Source of the DNA: an uncultured archaeon
GTDB lineage: Archaea > Iainarchaeota > Iainarchaeia > Iainarchaeales > GCA-2688035
DNA length: 64,000 bases
NCBI GenBank assembly: GCA_964354805.1
Contig: CAYHBD010000030.1
Coordinates: 6,800 to 70,799 of the forward strand
Direction of reading: 5' to 3'
The first letter of the stretch is position 1, and the number at the start of each line of letters is the position of its first letter. The notes beneath the pieces are model-generated. The model saw only the letters and a program-made list of their open reading frames with translations. It ran no database searches and was not told where the DNA came from. This document shows, piece after piece, positions 42,582 to 50,955 of the stretch. The translations under genes and the position numbers were made by a program.

Positions 42582-43157
42582 TTAAATTTCCAGCTGCAAT
42601 TGCTGCTGGACTCTTTTGTCCGAGAAATCGAAAAGGTGCTGTTGTTTTACAATGAATTCGCAGTCGGCTTCTCCCAATGCAGTGCAGTGGGTTTCAACGC
42701 AGTCAACATCTGAAGCAAAGGCAGAGCTGAAAATGCCCGCAATCACCCCTCTCAAAAGGTGGTCGGCTGGCATCGAGGGCTTTTTGTGCAGCCTTGATGC
42801 AAAGGGGTTGTTTGCCACCTTGACTATTGCTTTTTTTGTTTTGAAATCAAGGTCAATGCTTTGCAGCATTCCCCAGCCAGAGGCAGTAAAAAACTTGTTC
42901 AGGAAATCAACCATTTGCGCTGATTCAAGCCCGAAACCAAATCCAAACTGGGAAACCAGGTTTTCTTTGACGTTTTTTCGCACGCTTGCATACAGCTGTT
43001 TTTCAAAATCGCAGTCTCCAGTGGAAAGCAGCGCGCTCAGGACATCAACAGGGCAAATGAGAAAGGGCACGTTCATCAGGAAAAACTGGTTTTGCCTGTA
43101 CTGCAATGCATTGGTGAAAATGAACCTGTCCAAAAAATTGTTGAGCATTATTGGCAC
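42582..43157 (-). CDS. V4R-domain protein, second copy
   Basis: C-terminal GVIAGIFSSAFASDVDCVETHCTALGEADCEFIVK. Confidence 0.6.
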   Translation of the reverse strand: MPIMLNNFLDRFIFTNALQYRQNQFFLMNVPFLICPVDVLSALLSTGDCDFEKQLYASVRKNVKENLVSQFGFGFGLESAQMVDFLNKFFTASGWGMLQSIDLDFKTKKAIVKVANNPFASRLHKKPSMPADHLLRGVIAGIFSSAFASDVDCVETHCTALGEADCEFIVKQQHLFDFSDKRVQQQLQLEI

Positions 43158-43233
43158 CTTCCGAATTTTTCCGCTTTGGGCAGAATAATAATCGCTCTTT
43201 TATTTAAATAGTTTTCCTATTTTATTGATTTAG

Positions 43234-44157
43234 ATGAAAACAATCACAGTTGACCTGCATACGCACCTGATTGAGAAGCGGGAGAAGCCTGAGCGCTATT
43301 GGAGGGCGGTGAAGGCAAAAAAGCTGGATGCTGTTGCAATAACAGAGCATTTTGATTGCAAGCCGGAAAAGGCATACCAAATGCTTTTGGAAAAAAAGCC
43401 CAAAGCTGCTTTATTGCTCCCTGGAATGGAGCTGCAGACAAGCATTGGGCACGTTCTTGCTTTTGGCAAAAGCGATGAAATTTTTTCAATTGAAAAACTG
43501 TTCGAGAAAAAGCTGCCTATAAAAAAAGCAATTCAGGTTGCGCAAAAAAACGATTTGCTTTTGAGCATTGCACACCCCTGGGGATTGAGCTATGACAGCG
43601 CTGCATATTTGATGGGGGAAAAGCGATTGCACAAGCTGGTTACAGAAGGCGAAATTGGGGTTGAGGCATTCAACGGCATGTTCGGGCAGATCGGATACTT
43701 TTTTTACGGCACAAGCTGGGTCAGGAAGCCATTGAATTTTTTCGATTTTTTGGAGAAAAGCAGGATTGGAAGGAAAACAAGGCTGAGCAGGCTCGGCAGA
43801 AAAGCCAGGGAAAAGCTTGACAAAAAAGGCAGGGAAATCATTGAGAGATGCGTCAAGCCGCTTGAGCTGGCGCAGCACGCAAGTTTTTTCACTGCTGGCA
43901 GCGATGCCCACAGCCACGAGATGATTGGCGCAGGCGTGATGAAAATAAAAATTTCCGGAAGGCTGAGTGAAAAAAACATTTTGGGTGCGATGCAGCAGAA
44001 AAAGAACATTGAGTTTGTCGGGCCCTTTGTTAAAAAAACAAAGGCTGGAAATTACGGCATTGCAATGCAGCAGCTGCGCAAGAAACAGTTTTTGTCGGGC
44101 TTGCGGTATGCAACAAAGAGGGCGGTTGTAAAAAAGCTGAGGCTGCGGAGAAAGTGA
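43234..44157 (+). CDS. PHP-domain metal-dependent phosphoesterase
   Basis: VDLHTHL N-terminal motif, ITEHF, and the later SIAHPWG and GSDAHS motifs. Confidence 0.7.
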   Translation: MKTITVDLHTHLIEKREKPERYWRAVKAKKLDAVAITEHFDCKPEKAYQMLLEKKPKAALLLPGMELQTSIGHVLAFGKSDEIFSIEKLFEKKLPIKKAIQVAQKNDLLLSIAHPWGLSYDSAAYLMGEKRLHKLVTEGEIGVEAFNGMFGQIGYFFYGTSWVRKPLNFFDFLEKSRIGRKTRLSRLGRKAREKLDKKGREIIERCVKPLELAQHASFFTAGSDAHSHEMIGAGVMKIKISGRLSEKNILGAMQQKKNIEFVGPFVKKTKAGNYGIAMQQLRKKQFLSGLRYATKRAVVKKLRLRRK

Positions 44158-44216
44158 TTTGAATTGATTGTGATTGATGCAAAAAAAACTGCATTTTGGG
44201 CTGGAAGTGATTTCAT

Positions 44217-44627
44217 TTGATTGCTGCTGTTTCGCCTGATTCAAAGCTTGGTGATGTGCCTGCTGATGCAGCTGAACTGCATTTGGTAAGACCAGTGAAA
44301 AGCGAATTGCTTTCAGGGATTCTGCGAAAATGCAGTGCGCTTGAAAAAGTTACTTTGAGCAAAAGCTGCCTGCGCAGGATGCCTGCACAAAGCAGGCAAT
44401 TGCTGCTGGAAAAGGGAATTGCGTTGGTTGAGCAAAACAGGCCAGGCAGGCCGATTGGCTTGCCATTGCAGAAGATGCTGCACGCGCTTGAAATGAGGAA
44501 AGACTACCAGACCCTGCGCGAAATTGAAAGAGTTACAGGGATTCCAAAAAGCACTGTGCATTATTTGCAGAGATATGCCCAGAGGACAAAGATTAAAAAC
44601 GGAAAAAACATAGTCTATCTAAAGTGA
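44217..44627 (+). CDS. Hypothetical protein with a C-terminal HTH
   Basis: REIERVTGIPKSTVHYLQRYA resembles a resolvase-type HTH. Confidence 0.4.
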   Translation: MIAAVSPDSKLGDVPADAAELHLVRPVKSELLSGILRKCSALEKVTLSKSCLRRMPAQSRQLLLEKGIALVEQNRPGRPIGLPLQKMLHALEMRKDYQTLREIERVTGIPKSTVHYLQRYAQRTKIKNGKNIVYLK

Positions 44628-44636
44628 GGGAGAAAA

Positions 44637-44963
44637 ATGCCTAACGAATTTTTTAAGCAGATGGTGCTTGATTTGACCAGAAAGGGTGCAGTTGAAAAGG
44701 TGCGCTTTTTGAAAAACCTGCACAAAAAAGTAATGCCCTCGCAGTTTGAAAAAATCAGGAGAAATGACAAAAAAGTAATGCAGGAACTTTTTTTGCCAAA
44801 ATGGCTTTCTTGGGAACTGCTTAGAGCATGGGCTGACAATGTAACGCCAATCGGAAAAGGAAGGGCATGCGCTTTATGCGATTTAAAAAGCGATCTTGGA
44901 ATCATGTTCAATGAAAAATTCGTCTGCGAAAACTGCTTCATAAGGCTGCATCAGCTGAAATAA
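44637..44963 (+). CDS. Hypothetical protein with a CxxC...CxxC motif
   Basis: CALCDL...CENCF at the C-terminus. Confidence 0.4.
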   Translation: MPNEFFKQMVLDLTRKGAVEKVRFLKNLHKKVMPSQFEKIRRNDKKVMQELFLPKWLSWELLRAWADNVTPIGKGRACALCDLKSDLGIMFNEKFVCENCFIRLHQLK

Positions 44964-44967
44964 CTGG

Positions 44968-45654
44968 TTATTCCCTTTCTCCAAACAAAGCAGTGCCCAA
45001 GCGCAACATCGTGCTCCCTTCCTCGATTGCAATTTGGTAATCATTGCTCATTCCCATGCTCAGTTCGCGCAAACCAAGCTGCTGGGCAAGCTGCCTCATT
45101 TTCTTAAAATACTGCCTTGTCTGCTCCGCAGGCAAAAGGGGAGCCATGCAGAACAAGCCTTTCACCTGCAAATTGGGCAGTTTTTTTATTTCATTATAAA
45201 AAGAGGGAACATTCTCCGGCAGCACGCCGAATTTGCTTTTCTCAGCGGCAATATTCACTTCAATAAAAACTGGGAATTGCTTTTCCGCTGCATCATTTAT
45301 TTTCCGGGCGAGCTTTAACGAATCAACGCTCTGAACGCACGAAAACAATTCAACAGCTTGCAGGACTTTGTTGCTCTGCAGGTGCCCGATGAAATGCCAT
45401 TCAACTCTGCCGCCGATTTCTTTTATTTTTTGCTCTGCTTCCTGCACATAGTTTTCTCCGCAGATTCGAATGCCTGCAGCAATCGCTGCATTGATTTTTT
45501 CAATTGGCTGGGCTTTAACCGCTGCAAGGATTGAAATTTCATCTGCATCTCTGCCTGCCTTTGCGCAGGCAGCTGCAATGTTTTTCTTGATTGCAGCAAA
45601 ATTCTGGTTTATTTTTTCAGCAGATAAATTTTGCATATTTATCCTCTGTTGCAT
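44968..45654 (-). CDS. yggS: YggS/PROSC-family PLP-binding protein
   Basis: LAAVKAQPIEKI, ICGENYVQEA, WHFIGHLQSNK and MGMSNDY motifs. The track ORF's N-terminal extension to 45786 overlaps a better small ORF. Confidence 0.85.
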   Translation of the reverse strand: MQQRINMQNLSAEKINQNFAAIKKNIAAACAKAGRDADEISILAAVKAQPIEKINAAIAAGIRICGENYVQEAEQKIKEIGGRVEWHFIGHLQSNKVLQAVELFSCVQSVDSLKLARKINDAAEKQFPVFIEVNIAAEKSKFGVLPENVPSFYNEIKKLPNLQVKGLFCMAPLLPAEQTRQYFKKMRQLAQQLGLRELSMGMSNDYQIAIEEGSTMLRLGTALFGERE

Positions 45655-45727
45655 TTCGTAACGCGTCTGCAAAAGCATTTTTTGTTTTTGCCGAGCTGTT
45701 GTTAGCCTCAAGGTAAAAGAAAAGAAA

Positions 45728-45865
45728 TTACCAGTTTGGCCTTCTTTGCTCTTGCTGCATCCTGTAATGGCAGCCTGGGCATTCAAGAGTCATAAGAACC
45801 CTGTCGCCGGCCAATTCAGCGAAATCAACGGCTCTCATTTCTGTTCCGCATTTCGGGCAGCGCAT
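45728..45865 (-). CDS. Small zinc-ribbon protein (45 aa), not in the ORF track
   Basis: MRCPKCGTEMRAVDFAELAGDRVLMTLECPGCHYRMQQEQRRPNW has two CxxC pairs. Confidence 0.45.
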   Translation of the reverse strand: MRCPKCGTEMRAVDFAELAGDRVLMTLECPGCHYRMQQEQRRPNW

Positions 45866-45984
45866 TTGAGGTCAAATGATTTATGGGGGGCAATTGTTTA
45901 AAAGGATAATTTGGCAGGAGGGGATTCAGCGAAATATTGCTCGGCTTGGGAATTGTTTTAAAAGGATAATTCAGGGTTTTTATT

Positions 45985-46671
45985 TTGGTTCTTATGGCAA
46001 TAAAGGCTGTTTTGTTTGATTTGGATAACACTTTGGTTGACTTCATGCGGATGAAGCAGCTGTGCAGCGAGGCTGCGATTCACGCAATGAGGGATGCCGG
46101 CTTGCAAATGCAGCATGGCAAGGCATTGCGCTTGCTGTTCAAATTGTATGAGAAGCACGGGATTGAAGACCAGAAAATTTTTGAGAAATTTTTGCGAAAA
46201 GCGATTGGCGCTGTTGACTACAGGATTCTGGCACAGGGTATTGCCGCTTACAGGAGAGTAAAGGCAGGCTACCTGGTCCCTTACCCCCATGTCAGGGAAA
46301 CACTGATTAAGCTGAAAGAAAATGGCATTGCGCTCGGAATAGTGAGCGATGCCCCGAGAATGCAGGCATGGCTCAGGCTGGCTGAAATGAATTTAACCGA
46401 ATTCTTTGATTTGGTGATTGCATTGGAGGACACAGGGCAAAAAAAGCCGAGCAAGCTGCCTTTCAGGCAGGCGATAAAAAAACTGCGCATTAAGCCAAAA
46501 GAAATTCTTTTCGTCGGAGACAACCCGCAAAGAGATATAAAGGGAGCGAAAAGCGTTGGAATGAGGACAGCCCTGGCGCGCTATGGGCAATTGATGAAAG
46601 GAAAAGCAAAAGCGGAATTTGTTTTAAACGACATAAGCGATTTGGCAAAAATAGTAAAGACGTATACATAA
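45985..46671 (+). CDS. HAD-superfamily hydrolase
   Basis: Motif I VLFDLDNTLVDF, and later GIVSDA and VGDNPQRDIKGA. Confidence 0.8.
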   Translation: MVLMAIKAVLFDLDNTLVDFMRMKQLCSEAAIHAMRDAGLQMQHGKALRLLFKLYEKHGIEDQKIFEKFLRKAIGAVDYRILAQGIAAYRRVKAGYLVPYPHVRETLIKLKENGIALGIVSDAPRMQAWLRLAEMNLTEFFDLVIALEDTGQKKPSKLPFRQAIKKLRIKPKEILFVGDNPQRDIKGAKSVGMRTALARYGQLMKGKAKAEFVLNDISDLAKIVKTYT

Positions 46672-46685
46672 CAGAAGTTGTTTGC

Positions 46686-47687
46686 TCAAGTGTACTCCTT
46701 AAACATGAAACCTTTGTTTTTTTGAAAAAATTCCCTTGCCAGCTCTATGCATTTCATTAACGCAGCTTTTATGTCTTCTCCTTCTCCGTTGAAGCCTGCT
46801 GCGCCTGCATGGCCTCCGCCGCTCCCTGGATAGAATGCAGGCATTTTTTGGAAAACGTCTTTTGCCAAATCAAACCCTGTTTTTTTCAAAACGTGCTGTG
46901 CTGCCCTGCCGCTGATGCGAAGCTTTCCGTCATCGCTGTCGCCGGCAAATGCGATGTCTGCGCCGATTTTCACCAGTGTTGATGCAGCATCAGCTTCAAA
47001 CGCCCCGATGTCTGCTGTTGCCGCAATGAAATCGTTAATCCTGAATATCCTGCTTCTTTTCGCTGCTTTCAATGCAGCAATCTTTTGGTCGAATGTTAAT
47101 GGAGCTGAGAAAAGGCTAAGCAGCCAGCTCAGGTTTTTTTTGTTCTTTTGCATTACTGCCGCCATTATTGCAAATGTTTTGCTGTTTGCTGTCTGAAAGT
47201 GGGCGCTGTCAGTTACAATGCCTGCTGCAATGCATGTTGCAATTCGTTCATCAATCGGAATGCGGTTTTTTTGCAGCAAGTCGAATACTATTTCGCAGCT
47301 TGCGACAGCTTCTGGGTTTATCAGGGCATTTACCCTCTTGCCGATTTTTTCGCCTGTTTTTTCGTGGTGGTCGATTAAATAGATTGGACCGTTAAAGCGC
47401 TTTATTGCGTCTGCTGCGCTGCCGGCCATTGAAAGACTGTTGAAATCCACAAGGAAAAGGCAGCCAAAGCTTGAAATGTCATCGAATCCGTTTAAGTGGT
47501 ACGGGATTTTTTGTTTTTCCGCAAAAGCTTTTGCTGGCTTTGCAATGTGTTGCGGAACAGCGATTTCCACTTTGTTTTTTTTGCTTAATGCGAAAGACAA
47601 CCCCGCTGCTGCAGCAATTGCGTCAACATCGCAGCCTGCGTGCGTTACAATTAGGATTTTTTTTCCTTTAATGCTGCTAAGCTGCAA
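46686..47687 (-). CDS. DHH/DHHA1 phosphoesterase (NrnA/RecJ-like)
   Basis: VTHAGCDVDAIAAA, LIDHHE and GGGHAGAAGF motifs. Confidence 0.8.
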   Translation of the reverse strand: MQLSSIKGKKILIVTHAGCDVDAIAAAAGLSFALSKKNKVEIAVPQHIAKPAKAFAEKQKIPYHLNGFDDISSFGCLFLVDFNSLSMAGSAADAIKRFNGPIYLIDHHEKTGEKIGKRVNALINPEAVASCEIVFDLLQKNRIPIDERIATCIAAGIVTDSAHFQTANSKTFAIMAAVMQKNKKNLSWLLSLFSAPLTFDQKIAALKAAKRSRIFRINDFIAATADIGAFEADAASTLVKIGADIAFAGDSDDGKLRISGRAAQHVLKKTGFDLAKDVFQKMPAFYPGSGGGHAGAAGFNGEGEDIKAALMKCIELAREFFQKNKGFMFKEYT

Positions 47688-47793
47688 AGCAAAACCACTT
47701 TCCTGCCCAAGGGGTTACTATTAAATTACTGCAGAGTTAAAGCACAAGCCTATTTTTTCTTTTTCTGCCGCTTCTGCGGCGTCTGGCGCTGGC

Positions 47794-48168
47794 TTATTTT
47801 TTCTTTTCTTCTTTTTCTGTTTCTTTTACTATGTCTGTTGCTGCCCCTTGCTTTGATTCAATCTCTGATTTCAGCTTGTTCAGCTTGTTCACAAGGCTGT
47901 CTTCCTGCTTTTGCAGTGTTTTTACCCTTAAATCAGTTGATTCCTTTTTTTCCTCTAATTCCTTTTTCACAACTGGGGTGTCTGTCTGGATTAATATGTT
48001 TCCGACAGCTTTGTAGACGCGCTTTTCCTTTGTTTTTGCCAGCTCGTCCAGTGCCTGCTGCAATGCCGAACTCTGCATCTGCAGCTGCTGTTTTTGCCCT
48101 GAAACAGTGAACAGCTGTGACCTGCTTCTCTCGAATTCCCTGGCTTTCAATTCAATTCCTTCAACCAT
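47794..48168 (-). CDS. pfdB: Prefoldin beta subunit
   Basis: Coiled-coil / beta-hairpin / coiled-coil layout with VYKAVGNILIQ, at the usual position at the end of the exosome superoperon. Confidence 0.8.
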   Translation of the reverse strand: MVEGIELKAREFERSRSQLFTVSGQKQQLQMQSSALQQALDELAKTKEKRVYKAVGNILIQTDTPVVKKELEEKKESTDLRVKTLQKQEDSLVNKLNKLKSEIESKQGAATDIVKETEKEEKKK

Positions 48169-48171
48169 TTG

Positions 48172-48519
48172 CTATTCCTCCAAAATGCTTTTTGACAAAA
48201 TAATCGAATTAACTATGCTGTTAACGCTTGCCCTCAGTGCGGTTGCATCTGATGCATTAATACCTATTTGCACTGCATTGTTTTTAATTTTAACATGTGT
48301 TGCGCTTCTCTTAGCATGCACTGCATTTAATTCTGGACCAATTGCTTTCAAAAAAATGCCTGCTTCTTTTTTCGGCACAGCAATGCTGATGCTCAAATCA
48401 AAGCCTTTTTTGCTTAAGCCTTTTGCTTCGCAAAACCCTTGGGAAATTTGCTTCGCCTGCAAAAAACCCTTGGGAAAAGGGTTTTGCTTACGCAAAACAT
48501 ATTCCGGTGAATGCTGCAA
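48172..48519 (-). CDS. pcc1: KEOPS subunit Pcc1-like protein with repeat-derived N-terminal codons
   Basis: The C-terminal two thirds, FDLSISIAVPKKEAGIFLKAIGPEL...IGINASDATALRASVNSIVNSIIL, match the Pcc1/CTAG pattern. TTG start 48519 with SD GAGGT 8 nt upstream. Confidence 0.65.
   Translation of the reverse strand: MQHSPEYVLRKQNPFPKGFLQAKQISQGFCEAKGLSKKGFDLSISIAVPKKEAGIFLKAIGPELNAVHAKRSATHVKIKNNAVQIGINASDATALRASVNSIVNSIILSKSILEE
48412..48497. repeat. Hairpin-repeat family copy in the 5' end of the Pcc1-like gene
   Basis: Gene-sense sequence TTTTGCGTAAGCAAAACCCTTTTCCCAAGGGTTTTTTGCAGGCGAAGCAAATTTCCCAAGGGTTTTGCGAAGCAAAAGGCTTAAGC, followed by AAAAAAGGC. Confidence 0.8.
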
Positions 48520-48525
48520 GCGCGA

Positions 48526-48666
48526 TTACCTCGCTTTGATGTTTTTTGCAATCGGTTCCCTGACTTTGTACATTATTTTGTAAGCGCAGACTGGGCAGCG
48601 CAGGATTCCTTCAGGCAGGGCGTTGATTACTTCACCGCATTTAGCGCATTTGTAAGGCATTCTCAT
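48526..48666 (-). CDS. rpoP: DNA-directed RNA polymerase subunit P (Rpo12)
   Basis: MRMPYKCAKCGEVINALPEGILRCPVCAYKIMYKVR is the zinc-ribbon pattern of RpoP. The track ORF's 5' extension overlaps the L37Ae tail. Confidence 0.8.
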   Translation of the reverse strand: MRMPYKCAKCGEVINALPEGILRCPVCAYKIMYKVREPIAKNIKAR

Positions 48667-48682
48667 TACCTCCCAAAAAAAA

Positions 48683-49333
48683 TTATTTTTTCTTTCGCTC
48701 TTCTTTCTTTTCTTTTGCTTTCTCTTTTCCTTTTGTTTCCTTTTCAATTCTCTTTTCTTTTCGTTCTCTTGGCGCAATTTTTTCTTTTCTTTCTTTGCCG
48801 ATTTCTTTTTCTTCGTGTTCCCCTAATTGCTTTTCCTCACTGCCGATTTGTTTTTCTTCTGGCTTGCGCTCTTTCCATTCTATTGTTTCTTTTCCTTGTC
48901 CGAAAAAGTCCCTTCTTCCTTTTCCTCGCTCTCTCCATTCCCTTCTTTCCCTGTAGATTTCCCTGCTTGCTCTTCCGCCCCATTCCCTTTTTCCCTCTGC
49001 CCCGCTTTCATCGCCTGCCTCTTCTTCTGCCCAGTCTTCTTTTGTGCTTAGCAGTTCTTTCATTGAAGGCAAAAAGCTTCTCTGGGCAACCATTTTTTGC
49101 ACAATCGAGCCAGGCAAAGTGGTGGGCAAATACGCGCCTCCTGCGAATGTGTTATCGCATTTCCTGCAGCTATAGATGCCTGGCGCTTTTCTCCTCACTC
49201 TCTCGGCTCCGCAGAACGGGCATGGGTAGTATTTGTGCTGCTTGCTTTCAATTTTAAGCAGGCTTTTTCTTATGCCAACGCCGTATCTTGCCCCATAGCG
49301 CCCAGCGGTTTTAACTTTTAAAGTGTTGCCCAT
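48683..49333 (-). CDS. rpl37ae: Ribosomal protein L37Ae (eL43) with a K/E/R-rich C-terminal extension of about 130 aa
   Basis: The N-terminal 85 or so aa, TAGRYGARYGVGIRK...YPCPFCGAERVRRKAPGIYSCRKCDNTFAGGAY, are the canonical eL43 zinc ribbon. The rest is a charged low-complexity tail. Confidence 0.85.
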   Translation of the reverse strand: MGNTLKVKTAGRYGARYGVGIRKSLLKIESKQHKYYPCPFCGAERVRRKAPGIYSCRKCDNTFAGGAYLPTTLPGSIVQKMVAQRSFLPSMKELLSTKEDWAEEEAGDESGAEGKREWGGRASREIYRERREWRERGKGRRDFFGQGKETIEWKERKPEEKQIGSEEKQLGEHEEKEIGKERKEKIAPRERKEKRIEKETKGKEKAKEKKEERKKK

Positions 49334-49411
49334 ATATTACAGAACTCCTGCTTTTGAAAATCCTTACAGCAGTTTCATGCACTCTTTTTCCTCTAGCTGC
49401 CCCCTGTTCGC

Positions 49412-50191
49412 TTACAGCAGTTTCCTTATCTCTTTCCCTTTGCGCATTGCAACGTCAAGGCAGTTTTCTATCTCGGCTGATGTGAATGCTCCGCCCAAGC
49501 CTTTTTGGAAAGCGCAGAACAAATTGTCCTCTGTTGTTGCGCAGCTGAACCTTGCCTCCATTGCCTTTTCCTCTACAAGAGCCGGGTCCAAAACAACTTT
49601 GCCCCCGATTTTTGCAAAGGTTGAAAGCAGCGGTTTTCTGCTCAGGTGCAGCTTGCCCGCAAATTCCCCTTTAACTATCTTGTCTTCCTCCAGCTTTGGG
49701 TACTTTGTTTCAAGCAGTGCGGACATTGCCGCAATGCTGCTTGCGTCAAACAGGTTTCCGTCGTCGTTCATCATGTACAGGTCAATGTACACCATCCAGA
49801 CTTTTTCCTTTTCAACAATGCACAGCTTCTTGAAATCAATTGTTTTGCTTTCCCTAATGCCCCTGTCAACAACCCTTGCCAGCTCTGTCGCCTCCTCTCT
49901 TGGAGGCCCTGACTCAAAGCTAGGCGAAGCCAGCGGCAGGAATTCTGCTCCAACGCTTATACTGCCTTCGTCAGGCATATCTGGGAATGGCGTAGCAGGC
50001 TCCATTTTAATGCCTGCGATCACGTCCGTTTCTCCGAGCAAAACCCTTGCTGAACCGTTTGCGTTCTCGCTTATGTTGTGCTGGATTTTCACTTCCCTGT
50101 ATTCGTCAACTTTTCTGGCATCCAGCCTTTTCCCTTCTTTTATTGCCTCTATTACTTTGTCGCTCTTCAGAGCCCAAATCGCTTCTTCCAT
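49412..50191 (-). CDS. rrp42: Exosome complex component Rrp42
   Basis: RNase PH-like: GKRLDARKVDEYREVKI...ANGSARVLLGETDVIAGIK. Follows rrp41. Confidence 0.85.
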   Translation of the reverse strand: MEEAIWALKSDKVIEAIKEGKRLDARKVDEYREVKIQHNISENANGSARVLLGETDVIAGIKMEPATPFPDMPDEGSISVGAEFLPLASPSFESGPPREEATELARVVDRGIRESKTIDFKKLCIVEKEKVWMVYIDLYMMNDDGNLFDASSIAAMSALLETKYPKLEEDKIVKGEFAGKLHLSRKPLLSTFAKIGGKVVLDPALVEEKAMEARFSCATTEDNLFCAFQKGLGGAFTSAEIENCLDVAMRKGKEIRKLL

Positions 50192-50955
50192 TACGCATCA
50201 CCTTTTTCGCTGCTTTCCTGTTTCTCCGCAGCAAGGAACCTTTTCCGCAGCGCTTCCCGCTGAATTTCGTAAATCTGCTTGCACCCCTTCATTGCCAGCT
50301 GCATTGACTTGTGCCATTCCTCTTTTGAAAGCAACCCGTCCATTTGCATTAAAACAATCTCCTCTGTTCTCGGCATTATTGCAACAGGCATATCTACTGC
50401 ATCCGGCGCGTCCTCTTCATCCTTATCCAAGTCAAGTATTACTTCACCGCCTGCTTTGCCTACTCCCACAGCTGTAACCAGGTCTCGCATTGGAACACCC
50501 GCATCAGCCAATGCAACTGAAGCTGCTGTCAATGCGGCAACTCTTGTGCCTGCATTGCTGTCCAAGACCTCAACGAAGACATCTATTGTCGTGTTTGGAA
50601 AGCGCTCCAAAAAAATCGCTTTTTGCAGGGCTTCGCCTGAAACCTTGCTTATCTCAATTTCCCTTCGCCCTGGCTTTGGCATCTTTCTGTCCGGAACACT
50701 GAAACTCGCCATCCTGTACTGGTAGTCCACCAATGCCTTGTAAGGGTTTTGAATGTGCTTTGGCAGCGCTTCTCTTGGGCCGTAAACCCCTGCAACTATT
50801 TTGTTCTGTCCCCATTCAATGTAAGCCGAGCCGTCTGCCCTGCTCAAAACCCCGGTCTCAATCTTTATCGGTCTCAATTCATCCAATTTTCTTCCGTCCA
50901 ACCTTTTTCCGTTTTTGACGTATTCGATTTTTTCTTCTTTTTTCTTCATTCTCAA
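50191..50955 (-). CDS. rrp41: Exosome complex exonuclease Rrp41
   Basis: RLDGRKLDELRPIKIETGVLSRADGSAYIEWGQNKIVAGVYGPRE. Confidence 0.9.
   Translation of the reverse strand: MRMKKKEEKIEYVKNGKRLDGRKLDELRPIKIETGVLSRADGSAYIEWGQNKIVAGVYGPREALPKHIQNPYKALVDYQYRMASFSVPDRKMPKPGRREIEISKVSGEALQKAIFLERFPNTTIDVFVEVLDSNAGTRVAALTAASVALADAGVPMRDLVTAVGVGKAGGEVILDLDKDEEDAPDAVDMPVAIMPRTEEIVLMQMDGLLSKEEWHKSMQLAMKGCKQIYEIQREALRKRFLAAEKQESSEKGDA

Noticed and set aside
48690-49060. Whether the pyrimidine-rich low-complexity tract downstream of the L37Ae core is non-coding repeat DNA rather than a protein tail.
   Set aside because: This is not fully rejected. The frame stays open for about 130 codons and ends 16 nt before rpoP, so the simplest reading is a C-terminal extension. 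It is reported as a finding with that caveat.
49323-50477. A 384-aa plus-strand ORF overlapping rrp42 and rrp41.
   Set aside because: Rrp41 and Rrp42 on the minus strand have clear RNase PH motifs. The plus-strand translation is S/L/F/P-rich low complexity.
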